From assembly GCF_009914755.1 (NCBI RefSeq), contig NC_060939.1: a DNA stretch of 64,000 nt; one strand, written 5' to 3'. Every line of letters starts with the position of its first letter. Position 1 is the first letter of the stretch. Origin of the DNA: the human T2T-CHM13v2.0 reference genome, Homo sapiens. Below are positions 37,392-62,512 of the stretch, one piece after another. The notes under the pieces are model-generated. The model worked only from the letters and a program-made list of their open reading frames with translations. It had not been told where the DNA came from and did not search any database. Made by a program: the position numbers and the translations under genes.

Positions 37392-38742
37392 TTATATGCC
37401 CCACAGCAGCTGGCACACTAGTGAACACAAAGTATGTTCTAAAGAACATGTCACATTGAAATCCTGCTCTGGATATTATTGCTTCAGAGGTATTAAGAGG
37501 TCATTTCTTAATCACCACCTTATCTTCAGTCAGCAATTTGATTCTACCAGTCAAAAGGAGTTAGATATATCTTACTTTAAAATATTCACCAAAAAAATGC
37601 AAGTCCAGAACCTCCCTTATTCATTCACACGCTCTTTCACTGCAAGTCGTTCCTCATATCTAACACAGTGGTACCCCATGTGCTTTAAGCCTACTTTGTC
37701 TTGATTTGTCCTTGAAAAGGAAGGAGGGAGTCACTCATCAATATTCTACATAACAATATGAGCTGGTTATCATGATGTCCCAATATCACTGGGTTGTAGA
37801 TGCCATTAAAGTTTTCCACTGTAGTTGCTATAGAAACAATGAAGAGTAACAAGGACAGGTTCAGGCATAAAGCTTCTCATAAAAAAAAAAAGGTGTTTCA
37901 GAAAACGAAGGCCTAACCTCACCTTAGGAAAAGCCTCAAAAGTTGGCAAGTCCACTCGACAAGAAAAGGAATTCATTTGGTACACAGGGTTACCTTCTTT
38001 GATTTTTATGTTGCTTTGCTTCATTTGTAATGTATTGACAGCAGAGAACAAGAAACAATCGGCCAAGGTTGGAAACCCAGAGGCTTTTATTACTGTGGGA
38101 GTCTTTGTCTTATGTAGTGGTAGAAAATAAACCTGAGATGATTACTGCTCTCTCTTAATGCTGGTATCCTAAAAATAAACATACTCTAGATGGTGGGATG
38201 AAAAATGGGAACTGTTAAAGTTTGAGTAATCAGGGAAGAGCTCAAAAGGATCCACACTCCCAGATAACCACTTATATTTCATTTGCCTCTGCAACTTTCC
38301 TCAAAAATAAGTTACCCTTTCAAAAACATAATCAATGATTTAAGAAGTTTATTGTGGAAAACATTCAGGCTGGAAACTCAGTTTTCATACTCAACTATCA
38401 TCCAAAAAAATAAATCAATCCATCAGCCGTGGAACCTACCTTATGTTCCAAATCTTTTTGTGGAAAGATCTGTCCAGCAGCCTAGGAATCAGGAAAAGTT
38501 ATTCTCCCAAAAAGTGAGGCAGGAAAAAAAAAAAAAAAAACGGGAAAAAGAGAAGGCAGAAAATCTCTAAAGGCTAATTATATTAATTTCGAACAGGAGA
38601 AAAAAATTTTTTTAACTCAAGTGATTTTGGAAGGCAGAGGGGGATTCAAATGTTACTGCACATTGCAGTTGGAAAATTCCAATTTAACAGCCCCTTTGTG
38701 AACGATCATTCCCCTTTTCTAGGAACCTAGGAAATCATTCTC

Positions 38743-38816
38743 AGCCTTGCAACTTAAAATATGGTACATGGATCAGTAGCATCAAGAATACTCAGGAGCT
38801 TTTCAGAAATGTGCAA
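38743..38816. mobile_element. MER5A-like element, left part (right part at 48028-48114)
   Basis: atcagtagcatcaag..ggagcttttcagaaatg on the left and tttaacaaga..ccaggtaattcatatgcatattaaattttgaga..cactg on the right together form one MER5-like element. Confidence 0.6.
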
Positions 38817-38827
38817 TTGTGAAATAT

Positions 38828-47045
<8,218 letters not shown>

Positions 47046-47096
47046 GGAACAAATGGTTGCTTGAAAACAATTTTAAAACATCTTAAAAGTAAATAA

Positions 47097-48030
<934 letters not shown>

Positions 48031-48833
48031 TGTGGAAATGCAAGTCCCACCCTTCTACAATTTAACAAGATTATCCAGGTAATTCATATGCATATTAAAT
48101 TTTGAGACACACTGATTACAAAATCCTGGTGACCTCAGGTGATCTGCCTACCTCAGCCTCCCAAAGTGCTGGGATTACATGTGTGAGCCACCACACCCAG
48201 CCTAAGCAGGTATTGTTATACGTGTTTAACAGATGAGAAAGCCAGGAACTCAAAATATGCTGAGGGCTGTTTTCACTACACTAACTTCCAAAGCAGCTAA
48301 GTAACTGCCGTTTCCCTAGTTAAGAATAGAAGAAAGTTGAGGGCTAAAATTAATAGTTTCCAGTGTTTTCTACTGTGAGCCTATAAGAAGAGCCTGAAAG
48401 CATTTTAAAGGATAAACCATTAATTCCAGTCTCTTAATTCCATATATGGAGAAACTGGGGCCCAGAGAGAATACATGGCTTGTCTCAAATCACAAGATTT
48501 TAGCCGAAATTAGAACTCCTACTCCATACTCCTAGTTCATTGTTTTTTACTAAAATGCATTTCCCAAATGTGATTCATGGATTCCACAGGATATTAACAG
48601 ACATTCCTCTGAGAAAGGCTAGATAAGCTAAGCTACCTCTGTGTTAAGCCAAATTAAGTAATGTTCTCTACTGCAGAACCTCCCAGCTTTCACTAGGCTA
48701 ATGTGTCTTCTGAATCTTTGAGAGCTCTACATACTACATGGTATTTTCTCAATTTATCAGATCATGAAACCTTTTCAATCATGCATTTGAAGTAGTCCTA
48801 GTCTATGAGCAGACTCTGAGGAAGACTGTGTTA

Positions 48834-49214
<381 letters not shown>

Positions 49215-49341
49215 CTAAAAGAGCCAGTTTGTGGTCGTGAAAATATTGCCTTATTATTTTACCCTGTCCCTTAATAACCATGCCTCAGGCTCATTCCTAC
49301 CAGGAGAAGAGTTTTGGTTTTTTTTGGTTTTTTTTTTTTAG

Positions 49342-49446
<105 letters not shown>

Positions 49447-50134
49447 TGAGTAGCTGAGAATATAGGCACATGCCACCACGCCCAGCTAATTTTTTTTTTT
49501 TTTGTATTTTTAGTAGAGACGGGGTTTCACCATGTTAGCCAGGATGGTCTTGATCTCTTTACCGCATGATCCACCCACCTCGGCTTCCCAAAGTGCTGGG
49601 ATTACAGGCATGAGCCACTGTGCCCAGCCAGAATAGTCATTTTGATGCTCTTGTTGCTGGATTGCTACTTTGTAGTGAACATTCCCTTGTGTCAGGCACT
49701 GGCTGAATACAACATGGGTTATCTCATTTAATACTTAAAACAATCCTATGAGGTAAGGACTGTTTTTATCCCCACCTCAAAGTTTAAAATCTGAGACTCA
49801 GGTTAAGTAATGTGTCCAAAGTCATACAGTAAGTTGGAGCCATATGTTGTAGCCCACACCTGTAGTCCCAGCTACGTGGGAGGCTGAGGCAGGAGGATCG
49901 CTTGAGGCCATGGGTTCCAGCTTCAGTGAGCTATGATGGTGACACTGTTCTCCAGCCTGAGTGATAGAGCAAGACCTTGTTTCTAATAAATTAATTAATG
50001 TCATACAGCAAGTAATGGAACTAGGTTTTTAATCTGAAGCTGACCAATGCCAAATTGTGATATGATTGTGAGGTGATGTTACCACTGTAAATTATTTTCT
50101 TTTCCCTTTTAGCAAAGAGCTTATTCCATTTATC

Positions 50135-50502
50135 AGAGAGAGAGAGATTTATTTTTATTTTAAAGGACTGGGTCACATGATTGTAGGGGCTAGCAAATCT
50201 GAAATCTGCAGGCAAGCTGGAAAATCCAGCAGGAATCAATGTTGCTGTCTTGAGTTCTAAGGCAGTTTGGTGACAGAATTCCTTGCTCTTTTCATTCGGC
50301 ACCTCAGTCTTCCCTTAACACCTTCAAATGATCGAATGAGGCCTACCCACATTATGGTGGGTAATCTTCTTTACTTAAATTCTACTGATTTCAGTATTAA
50401 TCATATCTGAAAATACCTTCGCAGCAATATCTAGACTGGTGTTTGACAAAACAACTGGGTACTGTAGCCTAGCCAAGTGGACACATAAAATTAACCATCA
50501 CA
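50135..50502 (-). mobile_element. MLT2 (ERVL) LTR
   Basis: ggtcacatgattgtaggggctagcaaatctgaaatctgcagg..cctagccaagtggacacataaaattaaccatcaca. Confidence 0.8.
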
Positions 50503-50506
50503 CTAT

Positions 50507-50741
50507 TGATAAATAAAAAATTACAGGAGGTCATTGTTTTGGACTAAGCTCTTGAACTAGGCTCCAACAAACCAGAATAAAAATCAAAATGGAGCCACCC
50601 ATACTAAAGTTCCAAGTCACCAAACCTAAACTAAGTTGTTATTTGACCTGAGAAATCAGGAGAGAGAGAGAGCCAATTTCCCAAACAGGCCACTATAAAT
50701 CTTCAATCAGCATAATAAGGAAGTTCTCTCTGCTTTAATTC

Positions 50742-50783
<42 letters not shown>

Positions 50784-51019
50784 CCTGAAGTAACCTGATG
50801 TTAACTAACCAGTTATTTTCTGTTGTTCTGTCTGGAAGTAACTAATACACCCTTGTTCTTTGCTTCTGCTTTCTTCAGGCCTTCTCTGCCTATAAAGCCA
50901 AATTCTTCTGGTCAGCTCATCAGAACATTTATTTCACAAAATGAAGAATTGCCTGATTCTAGAATCACAAATAAAGCCAACTGAGATCTTTACAATTGTT
51001 TTAATTTTGTTTTTTGACA
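50507..51019 (+). mobile_element. ERV1-type solo LTR (MER31-like) containing (CA)n at about 50745-50782
   Basis: TG...CA termini, aattacaggaggtcattgttttggactaagctc..caaaatggag, imperfect 4-bp TSD ctat/caat. Confidence 0.65.
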
Positions 51020-52782
51020 CAATATAATATACAAAGTCATAGAAATGTAGGTATGTTAGTTCCCATAGTCCAATTTCCTTTTTTTCTTAACTTTCTTCTT
51101 TTGAAACAGAGTCTCACTCTGTCGCCCAGGCTGGAATGCAGTGGCAAGATCTTGGCTCACTGCAACCTCCACCTCCTGAGTTCAAGCAATTCTCCTGCCT
51201 CAACCTCCCAAGTAGCTAAGATTACAGGCACACACCACCATGCCCAGCTAACTTTTGCATTTTTAGTAGAGACAGGGTTTCATCATGTTGGCCAGGCTGG
51301 TCTCGAATTCCTGACCTCAGGCTATCCACCCGCCTCGGCCTCCCAAAGTGCTGGGATTACAGGCGTGAGCCACCACACCTGGCCTCCTTATTTTTTCTAA
51401 TGAGGAAACAGATGAAAAAGAAGTACCCAGGCTATACATGTGTCCAAAGGAGTATGTGCACATCCAAATTCCCAGAAACTTCCATAAATTGCTTATGACC
51501 TGATAATAAAATTAAGTGGAAAAATTAAATCCTTCCAAAACACCATGTATTCCTATTTTGAAGAATTGATTAGAAAAAATTCAGCAAGCGGTCAGATCAT
51601 TTTACTACTTCTCTCCGGACTAATGCTCCCCAACACCTGGATGTTGGGACTACCTTCAGAGTAGATGGGGAGTCTGGAAATAGCTGACACAGCTCTCCCA
51701 TAAAGCTGACTTTTCTCTTAGGTCCTCTCCTGTCCCTCCTTCTCCTGCCAGCCTCTCCAGTTTCACCTTTCACTTCTCAGCTTTCTTTGGCTCCAGCTAC
51801 CTTGTTTCTTTCCATTCCTCCTCTTTTGCCTCTGGGCTTACAAACAAGCTCTTCCCTTCCCTGTCTGAAACATTCTGGCACTAGCATCCCCAGCCTCCAC
51901 CCACCTTTTGCCTAGCTATTGGTGACTTCATTCTTCAAGTCTCGACTCTTAGGTCTCTTCCTCAGGAAGTGCTTCCCATGTCCACTCAACGAGGCTGGAG
52001 GTCCTTCACAGGTGCCCCTATGGCATGTTGCACCCCTGCTATTTCTATCTGCTAATTTATTTACATTCCCAACTAGTGTCTAAAGAGCAGAGACATTAGC
52101 CTATTCCATGGTATCGCCAGCATTAGAGTCTGTTCCATAATAAACATTCAAATATTTAAGAGGGGCAGGAGAGGAAGGAAGAAAAGAAAGAATAAAGGAG
52201 AAAGCGATTTCCACAGGCCCTTTTTTGCACTGTGTGGCTTAGATCTGACCATTGGAAGATAATCTGTGATGGCATTTGCCTAGAGATTTGTAGAGTGTAG
52301 AGTAACTGGTCTTTTCAGATGCTGGGGAATCTCTACCTAATGACCTGGCAACCTTAGAATTTGCTTCAACAACTTGAAGAATGTTGATAACACCGAGGTA
52401 TTATAGGTATAAGCTGACAGTTGGTAGCAGCAGGAATGGAGAGGGACCAAAAAGAGGAGTCTTCGTGGGTCAGTTAGACTGCATGTGTTTGGGAGGTGAA
52501 GAAGCATGCAAGATTGGGAAGATGGGAGAATCTGGTTTCCGGTGCAAGACAATATCATCAACTCGATTCCATATTGAATTTGAGGTGTTATGAAAACACC
52601 CAAAATTACAGCTGAAAATATAAAGCAAAGCCAAGAAAACTGTAGCCCTTTGCAAATTTGTCACCTTTCTGTCAGTTACTGTTATCAAAAAAGTGTCAAG
52701 ACTGGCCATAGGCAGAGCAGAAATACCCCATTAAATAAAATTGCCCACATGGGGTATTTTAAGGGTCATCAAAAAGATTTTC

Positions 52783-53335
<553 letters not shown>

Positions 53336-54462
53336 TTACCTCTGAAAATGGGGAGCTTGCAAGCTTGGAGGTCAGAGGTGGGAGGGAGACCTAATTTCTA
53401 CAATTTACCCTTTAGTACACACTGAAATCTTTATCATGTACATAGATTTTTTAATCTACAAAGGGAAAATTTCATTTTAGTTTTGAAAGTTAAAATTTGT
53501 CAACAGAGGGTTAATTAAATATAGTACATCCATTAAGTGGAATAATGTACAGTCATTACAATGAAAGTGGTAGCTCTAGATGTACTGATACAAAAGCTGT
53601 CTGTGATAATTCATTTGTTAAGTAAAAAACAAAATTCAAATTGTAAATGGTAAAAGGCACCCATTTAAAATAATTATTAGTATATGCATAGGGGAAATTG
53701 TATTTAAATATTTATTTATTAGTATATGCATATGGGAAAATGCCAAAATATACACTAAACTGTTAGCATTGATTACCTCTGCAAGGTGGAATTAGAGGAG
53801 ACTTTTGCTTTCTAAGATTTACATTTTGACATTGTTTGAGCTTTTATAAGGAATGTATTACTCTATAACCAGAAAAAAGATAACCTAAAACAATTCTATG
53901 ATATTGCAAATAGTTCAGGAACAGAGAGAAGGTCCTTATCTTCAGCAGCTGGGGCAAATGTAAAACCCCCTAGATGAAAACCAGATATGCACTTGGAGTT
54001 TGTGCATTAGGGCAAGGAGAGGTGGTATAATATGGTCTTGGCTCACAACGGCACCTCAGTAATGTTTAATAATCAAGACTGGGACTATAGAATAGATACC
54101 ACTTTTTCCCCAGTGCATGACGATTTAGGTATTTATCACCAGGATCTTAAAAATATAGGGTTTCAGCCCTTATGATCATTGCAATCTAAAGTGATTTAAC
54201 ATCCCTGCTTTCCTCTCTTTACTGCTTCTCAACAATCCATTTTTTTTCCTTTCCCTTCACCCTCCTCGTCTTCCCAGCCCTTTTTAAAATTGCCACAAGA
54301 GGGCAGCAGCCTCATGCATAAGAAGGGCACTCAGCCATAGGTAACAACAAAAAGCAAAAGGATGCCATTAAAAATAGGTGATCAAACTTTAGAGATTTCA
54401 GCATCTTGCTCTGAATATGTGTGCAGCCACGTTTAATATTCCATTAGAAACTATAAACAATG

Positions 54463-54790
<328 letters not shown>

Positions 54791-54808
54791 TCATGCTGGT
54801 GTGCGAAG

Positions 54809-54907
54809 CTAATGTGTTTCCCTCTCTTCCAGATGCTGGCCAAGAAGAGCTGAAATAGAAAACAGCCTAGAACCTAACACTATTTACTGTAAAATTTTTG
54901 CACCAGG
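54809..54907 (+). other. CHRM5: CHRM5 terminal exon splice acceptor and 75-nt 5' UTR segment
   Basis: Branch-like ctaat at 54809-54813, pyrimidine tract tttccctctcttcc, AG at 54831-54832; the exon starts at 54833, 75 nt before the ATG. Confidence 0.9.
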
Positions 54908-56506
54908 ATGGAAGGGGATTCTTACCACAATGCAACCACCGTCAATGGCACCCCAGTAAATCACCAGCCTTTGGAACGCCACAGGTTGTGGGAAGTCATC
55001 ACCATTGCAGCTGTGACTGCTGTGGTAAGCCTGATCACCATTGTGGGCAATGTCTTGGTCATGATCTCCTTCAAAGTCAACAGCCAGCTCAAGACAGTTA
55101 ACAACTATTACCTGCTCAGCTTAGCCTGTGCAGATCTCATCATTGGAATCTTCTCCATGAACCTCTACACCACCTACATCCTCATGGGACGCTGGGCTCT
55201 CGGGAGTCTGGCTTGTGACCTTTGGCTTGCACTGGACTACGTGGCCAGCAACGCTTCTGTCATGAACCTTCTGGTGATCAGTTTTGACCGTTACTTTTCC
55301 ATCACAAGACCCTTGACATATCGGGCCAAGCGTACTCCGAAAAGGGCTGGCATCATGATTGGCTTGGCCTGGCTGATCTCCTTCATCCTCTGGGCCCCAG
55401 CAATCCTCTGCTGGCAGTACTTGGTTGGGAAGCGGACAGTTCCACTGGATGAGTGCCAGATCCAGTTTCTCTCTGAGCCCACCATCACTTTTGGCACTGC
55501 CATTGCTGCCTTCTACATCCCTGTTTCTGTCATGACCATCCTCTACTGTCGAATCTACCGGGAAACAGAGAAGCGAACCAAGGACCTGGCTGACCTCCAG
55601 GGTTCTGACTCTGTGACCAAAGCTGAGAAGAGAAAGCCAGCTCATAGGGCTCTGTTCAGATCCTGCTTGCGCTGTCCTCGACCCACCCTGGCCCAGCGGG
55701 AAAGGAACCAGGCCTCCTGGTCATCCTCCCGCAGGAGCACCTCCACCACTGGGAAGCCATCCCAAGCCACTGGCCCAAGCGCCAATTGGGCCAAAGCTGA
55801 GCAGCTCACCACCTGTAGCAGCTACCCTTCCTCAGAGGATGAGGACAAGCCCGCCACTGACCCTGTCCTCCAAGTGGTCTACAAGAGTCAGGGTAAGGAA
55901 AGCCCAGGGGAAGAATTCAGTGCTGAAGAGACTGAGGAAACTTTTGTGAAAGCTGAAACTGAAAAAAGTGACTATGACACCCCAAACTACCTTCTGTCTC
56001 CAGCAGCTGCTCATAGACCCAAGAGTCAGAAATGTGTGGCCTATAAGTTCCGATTGGTGGTAAAAGCTGACGGGAACCAGGAGACCAACAATGGCTGTCA
56101 CAAGGTGAAAATCATGCCCTGCCCCTTCCCAGTGGCCAAGGAACCTTCAACGAAAGGCCTCAATCCCAACCCCAGCCATCAAATGACCAAACGAAAGAGA
56201 GTGGTCCTAGTCAAAGAGAGGAAAGCAGCCCAGACACTGAGTGCCATTCTCCTGGCCTTCATCATCACATGGACCCCGTATAACATCATGGTCCTGGTTT
56301 CTACCTTCTGTGACAAGTGTGTCCCAGTCACCCTGTGGCACTTGGGCTATTGGTTGTGCTATGTCAATAGCACTGTCAACCCCATCTGCTATGCCCTCTG
56401 CAACAGAACCTTCAGGAAGACCTTTAAGATGCTGCTTCTCTGCCGATGGAAAAAGAAAAAAGTGGAAGAGAAGTTGTACTGGCAGGGGAACAGCAAGCTA
56501 CCCTGA
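54908..56506 (+). CDS. CHRM5: Muscarinic acetylcholine receptor M5, 532 aa, intronless CDS
   Basis: Intact 532-aa ORF with 7 TM segments, TM3 amine-binding Asp (LALDYVAS), DRY motif, long ICL3, TM6 WTPYN and TM7 NPICY. N-terminus [11 protein letters not shown] and C-terminus WQGNSKLP match human M5 as recalled. Good Kozak context (aggATGG). Confidence 0.99.
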   Translation: MEGDSYHNATTVNGTPVNHQPLERHRLWEVITIAAVTAVVSLITIVGNVLVMISFKVNSQLKTVNNYYLLSLACADLIIGIFSMNLYTTYILMGRWALGSLACDLWLALDYVASNASVMNLLVISFDRYFSITRPLTYRAKRTPKRAGIMIGLAWLISFILWAPAILCWQYLVGKRTVPLDECQIQFLSEPTITFGTAIAAFYIPVSVMTILYCRIYRETEKRTKDLADLQGSDSVTKAEKRKPAHRALFRSCLRCPRPTLAQRERNQASWSSSRRSTSTTGKPSQATGPSANWAKAEQLTTCSSYPSSEDEDKPATDPVLQVVYKSQGKESPGEEFSAEETEETFVKAETEKSDYDTPNYLLSPAAAHRPKSQKCVAYKFRLVVKADGNQETNNGCHKVKIMPCPFPVAKEPSTKGLNPNPSHQMTKRKRVVLVKERKAAQTLSAILLAFIITWTPYNIMVLVSTFCDKCVPVTLWHLGYWLCYVNSTVNPICYALCNRTFRKTFKMLLLCRWKKKKVEEKLYWQGNSKLP

Positions 56507-57255
56507 AAAGTCAACAACTCCTCTCGAAAGAACAATGACCACAGTCAACATCCTCTGAGGATGAGCAAGCTGATTCTGGTTTGTATATTTTCAAAAAGAA
56601 GACATCTCATTTTGAGTCCTTGAAGATTTTTGTAAAGGCTCAAGTTTGGTTGCCAAATGGAAGGGGCCATAGCTGCAGCAATTGCTGACATATTAAATGA
56701 CTCTTGCCTATGACCAAGGCCATTTGATGCCAGGGGAGTTTGCCAATGAAGTAAAGGGATAGGCTCATGGCCCTTCACAAGAGGAAGCACACTGGGTAAC
56801 AATGAACAGTGACTCAGGGAACTTATGCCCCTTCTGTAGGAAACAGCAGAGACCAGGTGGAAACCTTTTCCTGTGGAAACCTGTCATAGAATTTTGTGCA
56901 ATATGTATGTGTCTATGAAGCTGTCTTGTGCCAGTGAGAACCAGCAGGAGAATGTACAACAGTGTCACTTGTTAACAAGACTGATATTCAACAGGCTTCT
57001 AAGAATATGTATCTTCATAAACTGATCACTATCTATTATGCAGCTATTATGTGGTCTATACTATACTGTGGTTTGTTTTCCTGTCCCCACATCTGAGTGA
57101 AGGTCTTGCTCTTCCCTTTCATATCCAATGTCAATTCCTTGTACTCACTGAACCCATGCTGATCTCCAGGGAACCATCCTTCCTCTCAGAATCCAGAGTC
57201 TGGAAGGACTGAAACCTGGTCATACCCAGTCCTTTCAAGGGGCCTCTATTCTACT

Positions 57256-57261
57256 AATAAA
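57256..57261 (+). terminator. CHRM5: Proximal CHRM5 polyadenylation signal AATAAA
   Basis: AATAAA 750 nt after the stop, a CA about 19 nt downstream, then a GT/T-rich element (gtcagttatttttagtttttg). Confidence 0.7.
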
Positions 57262-58713
57262 GATGGATCAAGTCTCCACAGTCAGTTATTTTAGTTTTTG
57301 CCAGTGGAAATTTTTTCTTTTATCTAAACAGATATTGTGCATTCTATTTTGTGCCCATTTGAACCCATTTATTTATGCTCTGTTCTTAGGAAGACTAATT
57401 GTGTAAGAGCCCTTCACTGGCTGAAGATTTTCTCCAGGCTGTTGAATTAAGGTTCTTATATTGTTTTCAGAGATCTTGCTTTCTAATCTCTTCACAGGGC
57501 AAACCTGAGCAAAATGTGGAAAACAGATTTGCTTTTGAATTTCTTCCAGAGCCCTTTTGCAGCCTCCAATTTCCCTTGTTCAGATCCCCAGTTCACACCA
57601 AGACGCAAGCAGGTCAGCTGTGCTGCCTCCAAGCAGGGGGTTGTGGGGTGAGGTGGGGGTAGAAAGTCTTTTTTTATAGGTCCTTCAAATCAGGGCCTAA
57701 AAATGACTTCTTTATTCCTCTCCAAATTCGGTCACAAATGAGAAGGCCAGAAAAGCACACTTGAGGGTGCGATGAAGCTGAAAATGATCTGAAAGCTTCA
57801 TTTTTAAAAACAAAGTGTAGGTCATAGTAATACATAAAAATAAAACAGTTGACATGCATGAGAGCATGAGGATTATTAAAAACCACACTTAATTGAAATC
57901 TCTAAGTGCGTATAAACAAACGGAATCAAAGGACCTTTGTGGACAAAAGTCCACAAAGAAGCAGTAGTGTGGTACACAGCAAGGATTTTAAAGATGAAGC
58001 ACTCCTGTCAGACATTATTTAACTCGTTGGTTACATCTGCAGCTGGACTTAAAAATCACCAGACTTCATGCGTCTTAGTGTAGGCCGGGTCCTTTTCAGT
58101 CTCATTTGCTAAGAGGATGGAAAAATAGCTGGTTTAGTTGTCCTGGGAATTAGATATGTACCTGAGTATGGGAGAGCTTCAGCCTACCACTGAAGAGCAT
58201 CATCAGCCTCTCACAGGATGTCCCACGGAGGCTTCAGGGTAGTAGAATCTCAGGCAGGACGGGACTGGTCCCTTATAAAGACTTCACGTTGACATGAAAC
58301 ATCTTGTAAGCAGTGCATCTGCTGAGCCTTTGTAAAGGGCAGGTTGACACCTGCAAAGAATTCGGTGGGAACAGTAATTGGCTCAGTTCTCCAGCACAGA
58401 GGCTTTCGGGCCTCCGTGATGCCAACTGGGTGTGACTTCATGAGCAAACCTGCTCTACCAGCGCCAGATAAACAGTTGAGTCTTCGTTTAAGGCTTTGAT
58501 TCCTGATAAAGATGAAAACCCCTTCATGAGAATAGGCTTTTAAGCCCATGTTGGGCATTCACCATTCGCAGTTGAGAGTGAAACAAGCTAATTTAAACAA
58601 AAGAACACAAATCGGGAAAGGATGCCATGGAGGGCACTCCTCGCACACTCCGCACTTGCTTAGGACTTGGCCTTTTTTGTTCATCTTTTGTGAAATTGAT
58701 TAAGAAGTGTATT

Positions 58714-59016
58714 GCTGGGTGTGGTGGCTGACACCTGTAATCCCAGCACTTTGGGAGGCTGAGGCAAGAGGACTGCTTGACCCTAGGGGCTCAAGACCAG
58801 CCTGGCAACATAGGGAGACCCTGTCTCTACAAAAAAAATTTTAAATACCTGGGCATTAGCAGGGCATCGTAGTGTGTGCCTGTAGACCCAGCTACTTCAG
58901 AGGTTGAAGCAGGAGGATCGCATGAGCCCAGGAGTTAGAGGTTGCAGTGAGCTATGATCACACTACTGCATTCCAGTCTAAGTGACAGAGCAAGACCCTG
59001 CCTCAAAAAAAAAAAA
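58714..59016 (+). mobile_element. AluJ-type element within the candidate long CHRM5 3' UTR
   Basis: Diverged Alu dimer (gagctatgatc diagnostic) with an A/(GA)n tail. Confidence 0.88.
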
Positions 59017-59629
59017 GAGAGAGAGAGAGGTCAATGCTTCTTTTTTTATCATTGGTTTTGGAAAGCAGCCAGTTTTGCAGACTACCTATGCCTCTTGACA
59101 TAGACAAAAAATATCCCAAACTACTAGGGACAACTAGACTTCTATAGAATAGCGGCTTTAGTGGGGTCCTCAGAATGAATAGACCTAATTGTAAACTACA
59201 GGGACCTGATGGGTGGGTGGGAGGCGCATGGCCTGACTTGAGATCTTAGGCCTTCTATGCCCCCAGTCTTCCAGGCTTTGTCTATAGTAAACCATGTACG
59301 ACTTTGGCTAGTTACCTACTGGATGCTGTTACTTTGCTATCATTGTAATTTGTTTCCCCTTGGCTGTGAATTTGATGACTTGTCAGGGAATCTGTTTTCC
59401 ATTCAATTTTTGGTTGAACAAAGCATTTTGTCAATATTCTCAGCTTTTGCTTCGCTCCTTTGGTGAATGTCCTTTGAAGACAATACTGATGCCAGCTCTT
59501 TGTAATTGTGAAATCTGTACCCAAACCTCTGGATTAGAATCTCCAGTTGTCTACTGTAAATACTGGAATTACAGCAAAGGATATGGGGACTGGGCTGCTT
59601 TTCTGTATTGTACAAGCACTATTCTAGAT

Positions 59630-59635
59630 ATTAAA
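59630..59635 (+). terminator. CHRM5: Candidate distal CHRM5 poly(A) signal ATTAAA
   Basis: ATTAAA preceded by clustered TGTA (CFIm-type) motifs at about 59501, 59516, 59555, 59604 and 59609 in unique, UTR-like sequence. Confidence 0.55.
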
Positions 59636-60424
59636 GAAATTTAACCGCACAGTGGTCCAATGCAGAGCATTTAAATAAGAAAATTGTTTCAGAGTAGCCT
59701 ATTAGATCCATCTATATTGGGTTTCCCACACACCTTTGCATGGCCTGGCCTTTCAAGAAAGTTGGGATTGATACACAGTATGGATACACGTCCTTCTTGC
59801 TACCTTTTGTGATTCCTCCTTCCCTCTAAGTTACCAATGACCAAACTAAGATTAAATAATGATGACAAGAGATCTGTGAGTAAAACGCTTTCCCTTCCCT
59901 ATGGGACAAGGGAGGTGGGGCAGACCTGAAACCACAGTCCTTTACCGAGTGGAGACTGCACAAAAAGGGGCAGCAGCATTTCCTTGTCAACTATTTAAAG
60001 AGTCGGTGCCCCACTCCATTCCCATTGTAAGTGATACTAATTTCCATCTTCCCCACATCATTTTACTGGTAAAGTTCAAGATTATGTAAACTCTTGCCCA
60101 ATAAAGACCCCAGATCGAGAGTGAGCGGAAGAAGGGAAAAAAGTTTAATTGTCAAAGAAGAAGCTGGAAGCAATTAAAAACAAAACAAAACTTTTTTGAA
60201 ATCATTTAAAATTTACAGAAAAGTTGCAAGAGTAATAAGAAGAACTCCTAATGTCCTTCACCCACATTCCGCACTTAACGTTTTGCCACATCTGTGCCTG
60301 CTCTCTCTGTATGTGTGTGTGTGTGTGTGTGCACATTTTTTTCTCAACCATTTGAGAGTAAGTTGCAGACCTCTTGCCAATTTACCACTAAATACTTCTT
60401 GAGTGTGTATTCCTTTTTTCATTC

Positions 60425-61681
<1,257 letters not shown>

Positions 61682-62153
61682 CTATCTGATATTTCCTTAT
61701 TAGATTCCATTTAATTGTTTTTGGGGGGCCAAGAATATCACAATGCGTTACTATGTTCTCAATGCATCACATCAGGAGGCATATGATGTTCTATCTCATT
61801 ATTGGTGATGTTAATATTGATCGATGTTTTAAGTACACTAACCTTTTAAGTAAAGTTCCAAGATTTGCTTATAATTTTTTTATCTTCAGATTGAAGGGAT
61901 ATACTCAGATTACTATGCTCAATAATTGCTTTTGTTAATTTTTTTGATTCAGTGTGGTTATATTGTTCATTTGAAATCAGTTGGGTTTGCTCCTATTTAT
62001 ATTGAATTTCAGAGTTTTCTCCCATAACTGTTTATTTAATTTCATTTTCTTGAATAAGTAAAATATTAATATGGTTGAACATCAAAACGATATGAGAAGA
62101 TACACTCAGAGAAGTGTCACTCTATCCTTTATACCTTCCATCCCATTCCCACC

Positions 62154-62512
62154 TGTATTAGTCTGTTCTTACACTGCTATGAAGAAATACCCACGACTGG
62201 GTAATTTATAAAGAAAAGAGGTTTCATTGACTCACAGAGTTCTGCATGGCTGGGGAGGCCTCAGGAAACTTACAATCATGACTGAAGTCACCTCTTCACA
62301 GGGCAGCAGGAAAGAAAATGAGTGCCAGCAGGGAAAATGCCAGATGCTTATAAAACCATCAGATCTCGTGAGAACTTACTATCACGAGAACAGCACGGGG
62401 GAAACCGCCTCCAGGCTTCAACTACCTCCCACTGGGTCCGTCCCACAAGACATGGGGATTATGGGATTACAATTCAAGATGAGATTTGGATGGGAACACA
62501 AAGCCAAATCAC
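62154..62512 (-). mobile_element. THE1/MST MaLR solo LTR
   Basis: tgtattagtctgttcttacactgctat..ctgggtaatttataaagaaaagaggt..ggcctcaggaaacttacaatcatg..attacaattcaagatgagatttgg. Confidence 0.88.

Noticed and set aside
55121-56101. Antisense ORFs (174, 70, 89 aa) opposite CHRM5
   Set aside because: Shadow ORFs of a coding strand with no independent motif or splice support.
58250-59650. Possible processed pseudogene or ncRNA downstream of CHRM5
   Set aside because: No recognisable parent, poly(A) tract or TSD; better explained as extended CHRM5 3' UTR.
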